DNA of 32,000 nt from the NCBI RefSeq assembly GCF_000354175.2, contig NC_022349.1, positions 1,860,001 to 1,892,000 of the forward strand, given 5' to 3'. A program made the position numbers and the translations under genes. Source of the stretch: Vibrio alginolyticus NBRC 15630 = ATCC 17749 (lineage in GTDB: Bacteria; Pseudomonadota; Gammaproteobacteria; Enterobacterales; Vibrionaceae). Below are positions 17,565-28,247 of the stretch, one piece after another (within the stretch, counting starts at the first letter, position 1; every line of letters begins with the position of its first letter). The notes under the pieces were generated by a model that did not search any database, was not told the DNA's origin, and was given only the letters and a program-made list of their open reading frames with translations.

Positions 17565-17605
17565 TTGCGCTCACGAAAGTTAAGCGTATAATGCTCGGCA
17601 ATTTG
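17565..17605 (+). promoter_or_regulatory. pyrLBI promoter with an AATTTG initially transcribed sequence
   Basis: TTGCGC (17565-17570), a 16-nt spacer, and a perfect TATAAT (17587-17592). AATTTG starts 7 nt later at 17600-17605, the same element as at the E. coli pyrBI start (TATAAT..AATTTG). Confidence 0.6.
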
Positions 17606-17620
17606 TCTGAGGATTAAGAA

Positions 17621-17716
17621 ATGACCACGCTGATTGCTGACGTAAAAACGCGATTTGCTCTCGCTAAGCGACTACGCTTACGTGGTGTTATTTTCGTTAA
17701 TTCTATTGAATTTTAA
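17621..17716 (+). CDS. pyrL: Candidate pyrBI leader peptide (31 aa)
   Basis: ATG at 17621 preceded by GAGGA. It encodes [31 protein letters not shown], and the stop at 17714-17716 abuts the attenuator hairpin. It is too short to appear in the ORF track. Confidence 0.5.
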   Translation: MTTLIADVKTRFALAKRLRLRGVIFVNSIEF

Positions 17717-17742
17717 AACCTCCCCATTGGGGAGGTTTTTTT
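17717..17742 (+). terminator. pyrBI attenuator (intrinsic terminator in the leader)
   Basis: AACCTCCCC-ATTG-GGGAGGTT is followed by T7. It lies 60 nt upstream of the pyrB start, and a T-rich tract (GTTATTTTCGTT) precedes it. Confidence 0.75.
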
Positions 17743-17802
17743 ATGTCCAAAATTCCTTTCGGTTATTTGGATGTAGTCATCAATGTTATAGGGAAGAAGA
17801 TC

Positions 17803-18732
17803 ATGGCGAACTCGCTTTACCAGAAGCACATCATCTCTATTCCAGAGCTTTCACGCGAAGAACTGGAACTTATCGTAGAAACAGCAGGTAGCCTTAAAAA
17901 AGCACCTCGACCAGAACTGATTAAAAACAAAGTCGTTGCAAGTTGTTTCTTTGAACCATCAACACGTACACGTTTATCGTTTGAAACAGCGATTCAGCGC
18001 ATTGGTGGTGACGTGATTGGCTTTGATAATGATGGTAATACCTCTCTGGCGAAAAAAGGCGAAACACTCGCAGATTCAGTACAAGTCATCTCTTCTTACG
18101 TCGATGCCTTTGTGATGCGTCATCCACAAGAAGGCGCCGCTCGCTTGGCCTCTGAATTTTCAAATGGCGTGCCAGTGATCAACGCGGGCGACGGTGCAAA
18201 CCAACACCCAACTCAAACGCTACTCGACCTATACACCATCGCGGAAACACAAGGGCGTCTAGACAACCTGAACGTCGCATTCGTAGGTGATCTAAAATAT
18301 GGCCGCACAGTGCACTCACTGACTCAAGCCTTAGCAAAGTTTAACAACATCCGCTTCTTCTTTGTTGCACCAGATGCGCTGGCAATGCCAGATTACATCT
18401 GCGAAGAACTAGATGAAGCTGGCATTCAATATAGCCTACACACAGACATGGAAAGTGTGATTCCTGAACTGGATATTCTGTACATGACACGCGTACAGAA
18501 AGAACGTTTTGACGAATCGGAATACGCACATATTAAGTCGGCTTACATCCTAACGGCGGCACTACTAGAAGGCGCGCGTGAGAACTTGAAAGTGCTGCAC
18601 CCACTACCACGTGTGGATGAAATTACAACTGATGTTGATAAAACGCCTCATGCTTACTTCTTCCAGCAAGCTCAAAATGGCGTGTATGCTCGCCAAGCAC
18701 TGCTGGCGCTTGTTCTAAACGAAACACTGTAA
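17803..18732 (+). CDS. pyrB: Aspartate carbamoyltransferase catalytic subunit
   Basis: The start at [13 protein letters not shown] matches E. coli PyrB ([13 protein letters not shown]). Motifs STRTRLSFE and HPTQ are present. The tracked start at 17743 lies inside the attenuator T-tract and is rejected. Confidence 0.95.
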   Translation: MANSLYQKHIISIPELSREELELIVETAGSLKKAPRPELIKNKVVASCFFEPSTRTRLSFETAIQRIGGDVIGFDNDGNTSLAKKGETLADSVQVISSYVDAFVMRHPQEGAARLASEFSNGVPVINAGDGANQHPTQTLLDLYTIAETQGRLDNLNVAFVGDLKYGRTVHSLTQALAKFNNIRFFFVAPDALAMPDYICEELDEAGIQYSLHTDMESVIPELDILYMTRVQKERFDESEYAHIKSAYILTAALLEGARENLKVLHPLPRVDEITTDVDKTPHAYFFQQAQNGVYARQALLALVLNETL

Positions 18733-18747
18733 TCGAGGGGAAAAATC

Positions 18748-19209
18748 ATGGCTAAAGAAACTCAATTGCAGGTAGAAGCAATCAAAAATGGTACGGTCAT
18801 CGACCACATCCCTGCGCAAATCGGCATCAAAGTATTAAGACTGTTCGATATGCACAATTCATCACAACGCGTAACGATTGGACTGAACTTGCCATCATCA
18901 GCACTCGGTCATAAAGATCTACTCAAAATCGAAAATGTGTTTATCAATGAAGAGCAAGCGAGCAAGCTAGCGTTGTATGCTCCTCACGCGACCGTGAATC
19001 AAATCGAGAATTATGAAGTGGTGAAAAAGCTCGCGTTAGAGCTTCCTGAGCGCATCAATGATGTATTTGAATGCCCGAATTCAAACTGTATTTCTCATAA
19101 TGAACCAGTAGAAAGCAGCTTTAGCGTGTTCGAGAAGAAACAAGAAATCCGCCTAAAGTGTAAATACTGCGAGAAAGTGTTCTCACGCGAGATCGTAACC
19201 GAGCGATAA
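18748..19209 (+). CDS. pyrI: Aspartate carbamoyltransferase regulatory subunit
   Basis: 153 aa with [16 protein letters not shown] and a C-terminal zinc domain (CPNSNCISH...CKYCEK). Confidence 0.95.
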   Translation: MAKETQLQVEAIKNGTVIDHIPAQIGIKVLRLFDMHNSSQRVTIGLNLPSSALGHKDLLKIENVFINEEQASKLALYAPHATVNQIENYEVVKKLALELPERINDVFECPNSNCISHNEPVESSFSVFEKKQEIRLKCKYCEKVFSREIVTER

Positions 19210-19240
19210 ACACGCCGCACGACTAGGCTGTGATACGTTT

Positions 19241-19270
19241 AAAATACCCTGCAATGTCAGGGTATTTTGC
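19241..19270 (+). terminator. Intrinsic terminator after pyrI
   Basis: ATACCCTG-CAATGT-CAGGGTAT followed by TTTT. Confidence 0.55.
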
Positions 19271-19339
19271 TCTTTACCTACCGAGGGTTTAGAGGCAAAC
19301 TGAGAATCTTTATTCCCTACAACTGATGGAAAAAATCAA

Positions 19340-19729
19340 ATGACGAAAGTACTTCACACTGAGTCTGCACCAGCAGCAATCGGTCCTTACGTTCAAGGCG
19401 TAGATCTAGGTAACATGGTTCTTACTTCAGGCCAAATCCCAGTAAACCCAGCGACAGGTGAAGTGTCTGCTGATATCGCAGAACAAGCTCGTCAGTCTCT
19501 AGAAAACGTAAAGGCTGTAGTTGAATCTTCAGGTCTTAAAGTATCTGATATTGTAAAGCTAACGGTTTTTGTTAAAGACCTAAATGACTTTGGCACAGTG
19601 AACGAAGTTTACGGCAAGTTCTTTGATGAGCACGGCGTAGCAAACTACCCTGCACGCTCTTGTGTAGAAGTGGCTCGCCTACCAAAAGATGTTGGCATCG
19701 AGATTGAAGCAATCGCTGTTCGCAAATAA
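19340..19729 (+). CDS. ridA: RidA family reactive enamine/imine deaminase (YjgF)
   Basis: 129 aa with the YjgF/RidA family pattern (APAAIGPYVQG...ARSCVEVARLPKDV.IEIEAIA). It lies downstream of pyrBI as in E. coli. Confidence 0.93.
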   Translation: MTKVLHTESAPAAIGPYVQGVDLGNMVLTSGQIPVNPATGEVSADIAEQARQSLENVKAVVESSGLKVSDIVKLTVFVKDLNDFGTVNEVYGKFFDEHGVANYPARSCVEVARLPKDVGIEIEAIAVRK

Positions 19730-19749
19730 TTGCACTTGCTGACAAACAT

Positions 19750-19783
19750 AAAAAAACGGGTAGCTCAGGCTACCCGTTTTTTA
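19750..19783. terminator. Bidirectional intrinsic terminator between ridA and the acyltransferase gene
   Basis: CGGGTAGC-TCAG-GCTACCCG is flanked by A7 on the left and T6 on the right. Confidence 0.7.
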
Positions 19784-19814
19784 TTGTCTTTTCGTGATGA
19801 TATCGCAGTAAAAC

Positions 19815-20540
19815 TTAAGCAGCGTTGCGCTGTTTGACTTCTTCATCTAACGATTCAAGCTTCTCTTTCATCTGTTCACGACAGATATTCGCTAACTCGC
19901 GAATGCCCTCTTTACCATAGCCTTCAGTGCTGATTGGAGGTAGCATTTCAACAATCACATGACCATTGTTCCAACGGTTCAGCTTAATTTTATTCGTCGA
20001 GCTACATACGATAGGAATGATTGGCACACCTGCACCAATTGCCGCATGAAAAGCACCTGTTTTGAATGGCAGCAAACCACGCCCACGAGAACGCGTGCCT
20101 TCTGGGAACATCCACACCGAAACATCACTTTCTTTCATGCTGCTCACGACCTGATCGATAGTACCTTTTGCTTTAGAACGATTCGCTCGGTCAATCAGAA
20201 TGTTACCCGTAAGCCAGTAAAGCTGACCAAACAGTGGCATCCAAGCCAAGCTCTTTTTACCTACTGTCACAACTTTCGGAGTCACAGCCGCAGAAACAGT
20301 AAACATGTCCCAGTTGTTCTGGTGGTTAGCAATGTAAACATGTTGGCCGCGTGAATACGCATCTTCAGGGATACGTAACTCTAACTTAATCCCAAACACA
20401 CGAGACATCTTGGCAAACAAACGGCCAAAAGTGAAAACGTGCTTAGGGTTTCTAGGGCTTAATAGGCAGTAACCACAACCACCAATAAACATAACAATCG
20501 CAAAGATAGCGACAGCAAATACACGTAACAGTGCAATCAT
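19815..20540 (-). CDS. PlsC-family lysophospholipid (1-acyl-sn-glycerol-3-phosphate) acyltransferase
   Basis: 241 aa with an N-terminal TM helix, the HX4D catalytic motif (NHQNNWD) and the FPEGTRS block. Confidence 0.85.
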   Translation of the reverse strand: MIALLRVFAVAIFAIVMFIGGCGYCLLSPRNPKHVFTFGRLFAKMSRVFGIKLELRIPEDAYSRGQHVYIANHQNNWDMFTVSAAVTPKVVTVGKKSLAWMPLFGQLYWLTGNILIDRANRSKAKGTIDQVVSSMKESDVSVWMFPEGTRSRGRGLLPFKTGAFHAAIGAGVPIIPIVCSSTNKIKLNRWNNGHVIVEMLPPISTEGYGKEGIRELANICREQMKEKLESLDEEVKQRNAA

Positions 20541-20626
20541 TCTTGTTCTCCAGGAACCGGCTTTTGCCAGATACAGCTATTAATATCTCTCTTTCCATAA
20601 AGGGAAAATATGGTCATGAGAGTGAT

Positions 20627-20655
20627 ATAAAAAAGCCGAAACTCAGGTTTCGGCT
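20627..20655 (-). terminator. Intrinsic terminator after murA
   Basis: On the minus strand, AGCCGAAAC-CTGA-GTTTCGGCT is followed by TTTTTT. Confidence 0.6.
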
Positions 20656-20695
20656 CTCTTGATATCCAAGTTACCTGCGGTGCAGTTTAACTTGC

Positions 20696-21961
<1,266 letters not shown>

Positions 21962-22216
21962 TTAAAGCGACATCAATTTCTTATCACGAGCCCACTCTTC
22001 TGGTGTGAACGCTTTGATTGATAATGCGTGAATGTCGTTACGCTGGATGTATTCCATCAGAGGAGCATAAATTAGCTGCTGCTTCTTAACGCGGCTCATT
22101 CCATCGAAACAAGCATCAACAGCAACCACTTCATAGTGGCTACCTTCACCTTTCACATGCACTTCTTGAAGGTTTAGTGCTTCTTCTAATAACTGTTGTA
22201 CTTTTGCGCTATCCAC
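21962..22216 (-). CDS. ibaG: BolA-family acid stress protein IbaG
   Basis: 84 aa. [18 protein letters not shown]...[21 protein letters not shown] closely matches E. coli IbaG/YrbA. Confidence 0.9.
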   Translation of the reverse strand: MDSAKVQQLLEEALNLQEVHVKGEGSHYEVVAVDACFDGMSRVKKQQLIYAPLMEYIQRNDIHALSIKAFTPEEWARDKKLMSL

Positions 22217-22219
22217 AAT

Positions 22220-22540
22220 TTACCCCTGATAATTCTGTATGTGTTTGGCCACTAAAGATTCAACATTGCTCAGTTGAAACAAAGTGCGCAGTTGCGCCGG
22301 CACGAAACTGAGCATTATATGACAGTTTTGCTTTTTTGCATGCTCTAATAAGTGGATTAACATCACCATTCCTGCAGAGTCGACGCGCTCTATCTCTTTT
22401 AGCGAGCATTCCAGCTCCGATTGAGCAGGTTGCCATTGCTGTGCATACGCCCACAATGAAGGCACTGTATCTCTATCAAGTGCCCCTGTTAGCTTAAGAA
22501 TGTTTTGATCCAATTGCCACTGAGCGGGAGTCTGGGCCAT
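22220..22540 (-). CDS. mlaB: Phospholipid ABC transporter accessory STAS-domain protein MlaB
   Basis: 106 aa and STAS-like. It lies in the position of mlaB between mlaC and ibaG, and its start overlaps the mlaC stop. Confidence 0.82.
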   Translation of the reverse strand: MAQTPAQWQLDQNILKLTGALDRDTVPSLWAYAQQWQPAQSELECSLKEIERVDSAGMVMLIHLLEHAKKQNCHIMLSFVPAQLRTLFQLSNVESLVAKHIQNYQG

Positions 22541-23178
22541 TATTTCTTCGCCTCGAAGCGGATCGGTTCTGCGGCCAATTTTTCTAGGTCTTTAGCAACA
22601 GATAGAATACCTTCTTGACGAATTTTACTGTTCCATTCGGATTGTTTACTAGAAAGCAAACTAATGCCCTCTGCAATCATATCGAATGCTTCCCACTCAC
22701 CAGAGTGGTTGTCTTTACGCAGTTTAAACTCAAGTTTGATGTTTGGACGCGGAGTATCGATGATATCAACTTTAATGCTTGTAATACGCTTAGAGTCATC
22801 AATGCTAGGCTCAGGACCAAACTCAATTTTTTGGTCAGAGTATTGCGTCAACACTTGTGCATAAGACGCAATCAGGTACGCACGAAATGCATCGATAAAC
22901 TCAAGTACATCTTCACGCTTAGCACCTTTTAAGTTTGGACCAAGAAGTTTTAACCCTGCATAGCGGTAGTTGACGTAAGGCATTAGCTCTTCTTCAACGA
23001 TCACTTTAAGTAAATTTGGATCTTGTTTGATTTTCGGCTGTTCGGCTTTCAATCTTTCGAACGTGACTTCAGCTACCTGCTTCATCATCTTATAAGGTTC
23101 AGTTTTATCCACCTCTGCTGCTGTTGCTCCAAAGACGCTAAACACAGCACAAACTGAAAGTAGTAATCTCGCTAACAT
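22540..23178 (-). CDS. mlaC: Periplasmic phospholipid-binding protein MlaC
   Basis: 212 aa with a signal peptide (MLARLLLSVCAVFSVFGATAA). Assigned from the Tol/Ttg2D-like family and its position in the operon. Confidence 0.88.
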   Translation of the reverse strand: MLARLLLSVCAVFSVFGATAAEVDKTEPYKMMKQVAEVTFERLKAEQPKIKQDPNLLKVIVEEELMPYVNYRYAGLKLLGPNLKGAKREDVLEFIDAFRAYLIASYAQVLTQYSDQKIEFGPEPSIDDSKRITSIKVDIIDTPRPNIKLEFKLRKDNHSGEWEAFDMIAEGISLLSSKQSEWNSKIRQEGILSVAKDLEKLAAEPIRFEAKK

Positions 23179-23180
23179 AG

Positions 23181-23669
23181 TTATTCCTTACTTGAGTCGT
23201 CTGAACCACCTACGCTGTATAGTACTTGACCAATTAAGTCTTCAAGCACAAGCGCCGATTTGGTGTCTTCGATGGTATCACCATCCACTAGCATGACTTC
23301 ATCATCAAAAACGAAGCCAGGTACTAAACCAATGTATTGCTCACCAATCAGGCCAGATGTCAAAATTTGTACGCTCGACGTTTCTGGGAACTGATTGTAT
23401 TTGCTATTGATAGATAGTGTTACAACTGGCAATAAGTTGTCTGGGTTAAGCGAAATACTACTTACTCGACCAATCACAACGCCCCCCACTTTTACGGGAG
23501 AACGAACTTTTAAACTGCCAATATTATCGAACTCGGCTTTGAGGGTATAAGTATCACCAGAGCCAATGCTTTTTACGTCAGCAACTTGAAAAATCATCAC
23601 AAGAATCGCGCAAATTCCCGCTAATACAAAGCTGCCAACCCATAATTCAGTTTTACGTGTTTGTTGCAT
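23181..23669 (-). CDS. mlaD: MCE-domain phospholipid transport protein MlaD
   Basis: 162 aa with an N-terminal TM anchor and an MCE domain (VRSPVKVGGVVIGRV). Confidence 0.9.
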   Translation of the reverse strand: MQQTRKTELWVGSFVLAGICAILVMIFQVADVKSIGSGDTYTLKAEFDNIGSLKVRSPVKVGGVVIGRVSSISLNPDNLLPVVTLSINSKYNQFPETSSVQILTSGLIGEQYIGLVPGFVFDDEVMLVDGDTIEDTKSALVLEDLIGQVLYSVGGSDDSSKE

Positions 23670-23671
23670 GA

Positions 23672-24463
23672 TTAATTCCCAAACATCAATGCGGTCAGTA
23701 CAAAGTCTAATCCTAGTACTGCTAAAGAAGAATGCACAACAGTGCGCGTAGTTGCTCGGCTGATCCCTTCCGATGTTGGAATAGCATCATAACCGTTAAA
23801 TAGAGCGACCCAAGTAACCGTAATTGCAAACGCAAAACATTTGATCATACTGTTACCAATGTCTTGCCCTAGCTCAACAGAGGACTGCATCGCTGACCAA
23901 AAACTGCCGTGATCAACGCCTTTCCAGTCAACACCAACAAGCTGAGCGCCCCAAATTCCCACAGCCATGAAAATCATAGCCAGTAAAGGCATTGAGATAA
24001 CCCCAGCCCAAAACCGTGGTGCAATCACTCGTTTCAATGGGTCTACCGCCATCATTTCAAGGCTAGACAGTTGTTCCGTTGCTTTCATTAGACCTATCTC
24101 TGCGGTTAACGCAGAACCGGCACGACCAGCAAACAAAAGTGCAGTAACAACGGGTCCTAATTCACGGAGTAACGAAAGCGCTACCATTTGCCCCAAACTG
24201 CCTTCTGCGCCGTAATCCACCAACACAACATAGCCTTGTAGACTCAAAACCATTCCAATGAACAGACCAGATACGACGATGATCGCCAGCGACTGAACAC
24301 CAACAGAATAAAGTTGCTTAACAAGCAGAGGAAAGCTTCTGATCGGTTGTGGCTTAGAAAATAGCGCCCCAATCAACATGAAAGTCGCACGACCAAATGC
24401 TCCGCAAATAGAAAGCGTGCGTCGACCCAGCGAGGCGACAAAGTGAATGAAGTTATCGACCAT
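23672..24463 (-). CDS. mlaE: Phospholipid ABC transporter permease MlaE
   Basis: 263 aa from the ATG at 24463 ([15 protein letters not shown]...). It overlaps the mlaF stop by 11 nt. The tracked 24547 start would run deep into mlaF. Confidence 0.9.
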   Translation of the reverse strand: MVDNFIHFVASLGRRTLSICGAFGRATFMLIGALFSKPQPIRSFPLLVKQLYSVGVQSLAIIVVSGLFIGMVLSLQGYVVLVDYGAEGSLGQMVALSLLRELGPVVTALLFAGRAGSALTAEIGLMKATEQLSSLEMMAVDPLKRVIAPRFWAGVISMPLLAMIFMAVGIWGAQLVGVDWKGVDHGSFWSAMQSSVELGQDIGNSMIKCFAFAITVTWVALFNGYDAIPTSEGISRATTRTVVHSSLAVLGLDFVLTALMFGN

Positions 24464-25256
24464 CAAATAAGTCCTTTTCGATACTTTGAGAAGGGAAACG
24501 AAACGGTACAGGACCGTCGGCATCACCTTGTAAGAACTGCTGGACACGAGGATCAGAGTTTTGAGTCAGCTCTTCTGGCGTACCATAGGCGATGATTTTT
24601 CCATCGGCCATCAGGTATACCCAGTCAGCAATACTCATGACTTCAGGTACGTCGTGAGAAACCACAATAGAGGTCAAACCTAACGCTTGGTTTAGATTGC
24701 TAATTAGCTCAACCAAAACGCCCATAGTGATTGGGTCTTGCCCCACAAACGGCTCATCGTACATGATCAGGTCAGGGTCAAGTGCGATTGCACGAGCCAA
24801 AGCAGCGCGTCTTGCCATACCACCTGAAAGCTCACTCGGCATTAATTGCGCCGCGCCGCGTAGACCGACAGCTTCGAGCTTGAGTAACACCATGGTGCGA
24901 ATCAAATCTTCCGATAAATCGGTATGCTCTCTCAATGGAAAGGCGACATTATCAAAAACATTCAAATCAGTGAATAAAGCCCCTGACTGGAACAACATGC
25001 TCATTTTCTTTCGAGCATGGTAGAGTTTTTTACGCGAGAGAGAGGGAATATTGTCTCCATCAAACCAGATCTCTCCTTGCTCGGGATACAACTGACCACC
25101 AATCAAACGCAGCAGTGTTGTTTTACCAATTCCCGATGGTCCCATAATGGCCGTCACTTTGCCCTCAGGAACATGCAGATCAATATCATCAAAGATCATG
25201 CGTTCTCCCCGTGAAAAAGTGAGGTTGTTCACGGTGACTAAATCGTTGTTCGACAT
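24453..25256 (-). CDS. mlaF: Phospholipid ABC transporter ATP-binding protein MlaF
   Basis: Walker [10 protein letters not shown], the ABC signature LSGGMARR, and Walker B LIMYDEP. The ATG at 25256 (MSNNDLVTV...) is preferred over the tracked non-ATG start at 25286. Confidence 0.92.
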   Translation of the reverse strand: MSNNDLVTVNNLTFSRGERMIFDDIDLHVPEGKVTAIMGPSGIGKTTLLRLIGGQLYPEQGEIWFDGDNIPSLSRKKLYHARKKMSMLFQSGALFTDLNVFDNVAFPLREHTDLSEDLIRTMVLLKLEAVGLRGAAQLMPSELSGGMARRAALARAIALDPDLIMYDEPFVGQDPITMGVLVELISNLNQALGLTSIVVSHDVPEVMSIADWVYLMADGKIIAYGTPEELTQNSDPRVQQFLQGDADGPVPFRFPSQSIEKDLFDGR

Positions 25257-25630
25257 ATCATCTCTTCTACTGTAGGAGCGTTGCAACTCACGGAATCATC
25301 AAGCAGATACTCATCGGAGTTGAATTCTACGTTTAATAAAGTAACGTCGGTACATTTATTAGGCTGCAATCATAAGCACATTGGCGTTGAATTTAAAGCA
25401 CTGTTCAATTAAATAAAGTCGACTATATCCCTGCAATTTCTCATGGTTTATGACCTAATTAGCACGAAGTGTTTAAATCCTAGACCAGAATTGCTCATTT
25501 AAATGAGTGAGATTTACATACATTTTCGTTACTAACCTTTAATTTATTCTTCGTTTATCTTCCATTTTAGGCCGCAAAAGGTCAAAATTAGCGGTTATTC
25601 ATTTTACTTATTTAATACTTAGGAATTCTC

Positions 25631-26596
25631 ATGCTCGAAGCCGTTGCGTTGCTTATAGTCGGTCTTGTTTTGCTTGTTTGGAGTGCAGATAAACTTGTTT
25701 TTGGCTCTGCAGCGATAGCCCGCAACGTCGGTATTTCCCCGCTTGTCATCGGCATGACAATCCTTGCGATGGGCTCATCCGCCCCTGAGATGATGGTATC
25801 TGCAACCGCTGCTTGGGATGGCAAAACAGATACAGCGGTGGGTAACGTATTAGGCTCAAACATAGCGAACATTGCGTTAATCCTAGGTATTACAGCGCTG
25901 ATCAAGCCTTTGTCGATTAGCTCCGCCGTCATCCGCCGAGAACTTCCACTCATGATAGCCGTAACCGTACTCGCTGGTATTCTGCTTTGGAATAGCCATC
26001 TCGGTTTTTATGAGGGTGTCTTATTGTTTGTACTCTTTGGGGCATTTTTATTTGCTATGTTGCAAATCAGCCGCAAAGAGCAAAAATCAGGTGATGTTTT
26101 TCTTGATGACCAAGAGTCAGAGATCCCAGAAGGCGTCAGTAACCCTAAAGCAATCATGTGGGTGGTTATTGGCTTGATACTGCTTCCTTTGGCAGCCAGC
26201 ATGCTGGTTGATAACGCGGTAATTATTGCTAAACACTTTGGTATGAGCGACCTTGTTATCGGTCTAACTATTATCGCCATTGGCACTAGCCTGCCAGAAC
26301 TAGCCGCATCACTTGCGGGAGTTTTAAAGGGTGAAGACGACATGGCTGTCGGTAACATTATCGGTTCGAATGTGTTTAACATTCTGGCGGTAATGGGGAT
26401 TCCTGGCATCATTAATCCATCGGTGCTCAGTGAGTACGCGATGGGACGTGACTTCTGGGTCATGTTAGGCGTTTCATTGTTACTTGTCGCGATGTGTTTG
26501 GGTAAATCACGCAGTATTAACCGTATTGAAGGTGCCATCTTGTTTGTGTGCTTCTTAGGTTACCAAGTGTACTTATTCGCAAACATGACCGCTTAA
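25631..26596 (+). CDS. yrbG: CaCA-family Na+/Ca2+ (cation) antiporter YrbG
   Basis: 321 aa and polytopic, with two alpha-repeats (GSSAPE..GNVLGSN and GTSLPE..GNIIGSN). It lies upstream of kdsD as in E. coli. Confidence 0.9.
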   Translation: MLEAVALLIVGLVLLVWSADKLVFGSAAIARNVGISPLVIGMTILAMGSSAPEMMVSATAAWDGKTDTAVGNVLGSNIANIALILGITALIKPLSISSAVIRRELPLMIAVTVLAGILLWNSHLGFYEGVLLFVLFGAFLFAMLQISRKEQKSGDVFLDDQESEIPEGVSNPKAIMWVVIGLILLPLAASMLVDNAVIIAKHFGMSDLVIGLTIIAIGTSLPELAASLAGVLKGEDDMAVGNIIGSNVFNILAVMGIPGIINPSVLSEYAMGRDFWVMLGVSLLLVAMCLGKSRSINRIEGAILFVCFLGYQVYLFANMTA

Positions 26597-26625
26597 TTAC
26601 CACGATCAATAAGTAGAGATCTGAT

Positions 26626-27597
26626 ATGTCCAATCAATTTGATTTTCGCGCTGCTGCTAAACAAGTTCTTGATATCGAAGTTGCTGCTCTGCAAGAGCTA
26701 GATACCTACTTTGATGATCAATTTGAAAAAGCGTGTGAACTTATCCTTTCCAACAACGGCAAAGTTGTCGTTATGGGTATTGGCAAGTCAGGCCATATTG
26801 GTAACAAGATTGCCGCCACTCTGGCAAGCACTGGGACTTCGGCGTTTTTCGTTCATCCAGGCGAAGCCGCACATGGTGACTTGGGTATGATTAGCCCTGG
26901 TGACATTGTGCTGGCAATTTCTAACTCTGGTGAATCAAACGAAATTCTGTCTCTATTTCCAGTATTAAAGCGCCTGAATATTAAGATCATCAGCATGACA
27001 GGTAAGCCAGAATCAAATATGGCCAAGCTGTCTGACTTACACCTGCAAATTACGGTACCTCAAGAAGCTTGTCCGTTAGGCCTGGCGCCAACTAGCAGTA
27101 CGACTGCCACATTAGTGATGGGAGATGCATTAGCCGTAGCTCTGCTTCAAGCTCGTGGTTTTTCTGCCGAAGATTTTGCCCTATCTCACCCAGGTGGTGC
27201 ACTGGGGAGAAAACTGCTACTTAAGTTGTCTGATATTATGCACTTTGGAGAAGCGTTACCTAAAGTTTCTCCTGACGCATTAATTCGCGATGCCCTGCTT
27301 GAAATTTCAGAAAAGGGGTTAGGCATGACAGCCATCGTCGATGAGCACGATGCTATGCTTGGTATATTCACCGATGGTGATTTACGTCGTACCTTAGACA
27401 AGCGTATCGATATTCATACGACGGCAATTGGCGAGGTCATGACGACAAACCCAACCACAGCACACCCTGATATGCTGGCGGTTGAAGGTTTGAACTTGAT
27501 GCAGAATAAAAACATTAACGCTCTGATTTTATGTAAAGACGAAAAAATTGTGGGTGCACTGAACATGCACGATTTACTAAAAGCTGGCGTGATGTAA
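26626..27597 (+). CDS. kdsD: Arabinose-5-phosphate isomerase KdsD (SIS domain plus two CBS domains)
   Basis: 323 aa with SIS motifs (VVVMGIGKSGHIG, ISNSGES) and a C-terminal CBS pair. Confidence 0.93.
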   Translation: MSNQFDFRAAAKQVLDIEVAALQELDTYFDDQFEKACELILSNNGKVVVMGIGKSGHIGNKIAATLASTGTSAFFVHPGEAAHGDLGMISPGDIVLAISNSGESNEILSLFPVLKRLNIKIISMTGKPESNMAKLSDLHLQITVPQEACPLGLAPTSSTTATLVMGDALAVALLQARGFSAEDFALSHPGGALGRKLLLKLSDIMHFGEALPKVSPDALIRDALLEISEKGLGMTAIVDEHDAMLGIFTDGDLRRTLDKRIDIHTTAIGEVMTTNPTTAHPDMLAVEGLNLMQNKNINALILCKDEKIVGALNMHDLLKAGVM

Positions 27598-27683
27598 TAT
27601 CAGCACAAACATTTAAATCATTTATTAGACGAATAAAGGCAATGGTCAGGGAAGTACTGAGCTAAACGATAGGCCTTCATTAT

Positions 27684-28247
27684 ATGAGTTTTACTCGCCT
27701 TATTTATTTGCTCTTGATCTTCGTTGTAGCGTGGTGCGGTTATTACCTACTAACCCCTAAAGGCAACGACGCAATTCAAGTAGCACCAGATTCTGAACTG
27801 CCCATGTTCAGTGGTTCTGGATTAGAAAACATCACCTACGGTGAAGATGGTGTCCGCAGTTACATCATTCGCTCCACTAACTTAGACCATTATGCTAAGA
27901 GTGGAGATACTATTTTTAATAACCCGACTTTGATGGTTTACCGTGAAGGTAGCGTCATTGAATGGAAGGTGACTGCCACAAGAGCAGTGTTAGATGAAGA
28001 CCAAGTTTTGACTTTATATGACAAAGTCTTAATGCAAAATCTTCTGCCTGGTGCGAGTTTTGATACCATGGCAACAGACAAATTGGTCATTAATCTAACC
28101 AATCGTGATTTTAAAGCTGACCAACAAGTAATGTTGGTTGGACCACAATTTGAAACTACTGGAGGCGCAATGCAAGGTAACTTAAAACAGCATACTGCGA
28201 CTCTGACAGATGAAGTTCAAGGTCGATATGAAACCGTTACACCTTAG
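27684..28247 (+). CDS. lptC: LPS export system protein LptC
   Basis: 187 aa with an N-terminal TM anchor. It is similar in length and pattern to E. coli LptC (..GNL.....L.....YE) and lies immediately upstream of lptA. Confidence 0.88.
   Translation: MSFTRLIYLLLIFVVAWCGYYLLTPKGNDAIQVAPDSELPMFSGSGLENITYGEDGVRSYIIRSTNLDHYAKSGDTIFNNPTLMVYREGSVIEWKVTATRAVLDEDQVLTLYDKVLMQNLLPGASFDTMATDKLVINLTNRDFKADQQVMLVGPQFETTGGAMQGNLKQHTATLTDEVQGRYETVTP

Noticed and set aside
17655-17802. A 78-aa ORF at 17655 and the tracked pyrB start at 17743.
   Set aside because: Both read through or start inside the attenuator hairpin and T-tract. PyrB homology begins at MANSLYQKH (17803).
24464-25286. Upstream extensions of mlaE (to 24547) and mlaF (to 25286).
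   Set aside because: The mlaE extension would overlap mlaF by 95 nt. The mlaF extension uses a non-ATG start with no RBS. The internal ATGs give the lengths and N-termini of the E. coli homologues.
25612-26538. Two long minus-strand ORFs (113 aa and 176 aa) inside yrbG.
   Set aside because: They are antisense shadows of a well-supported polytopic antiporter gene. Their sequences are low-complexity, Ser/Ala/Ile/Pro-rich mirror images.
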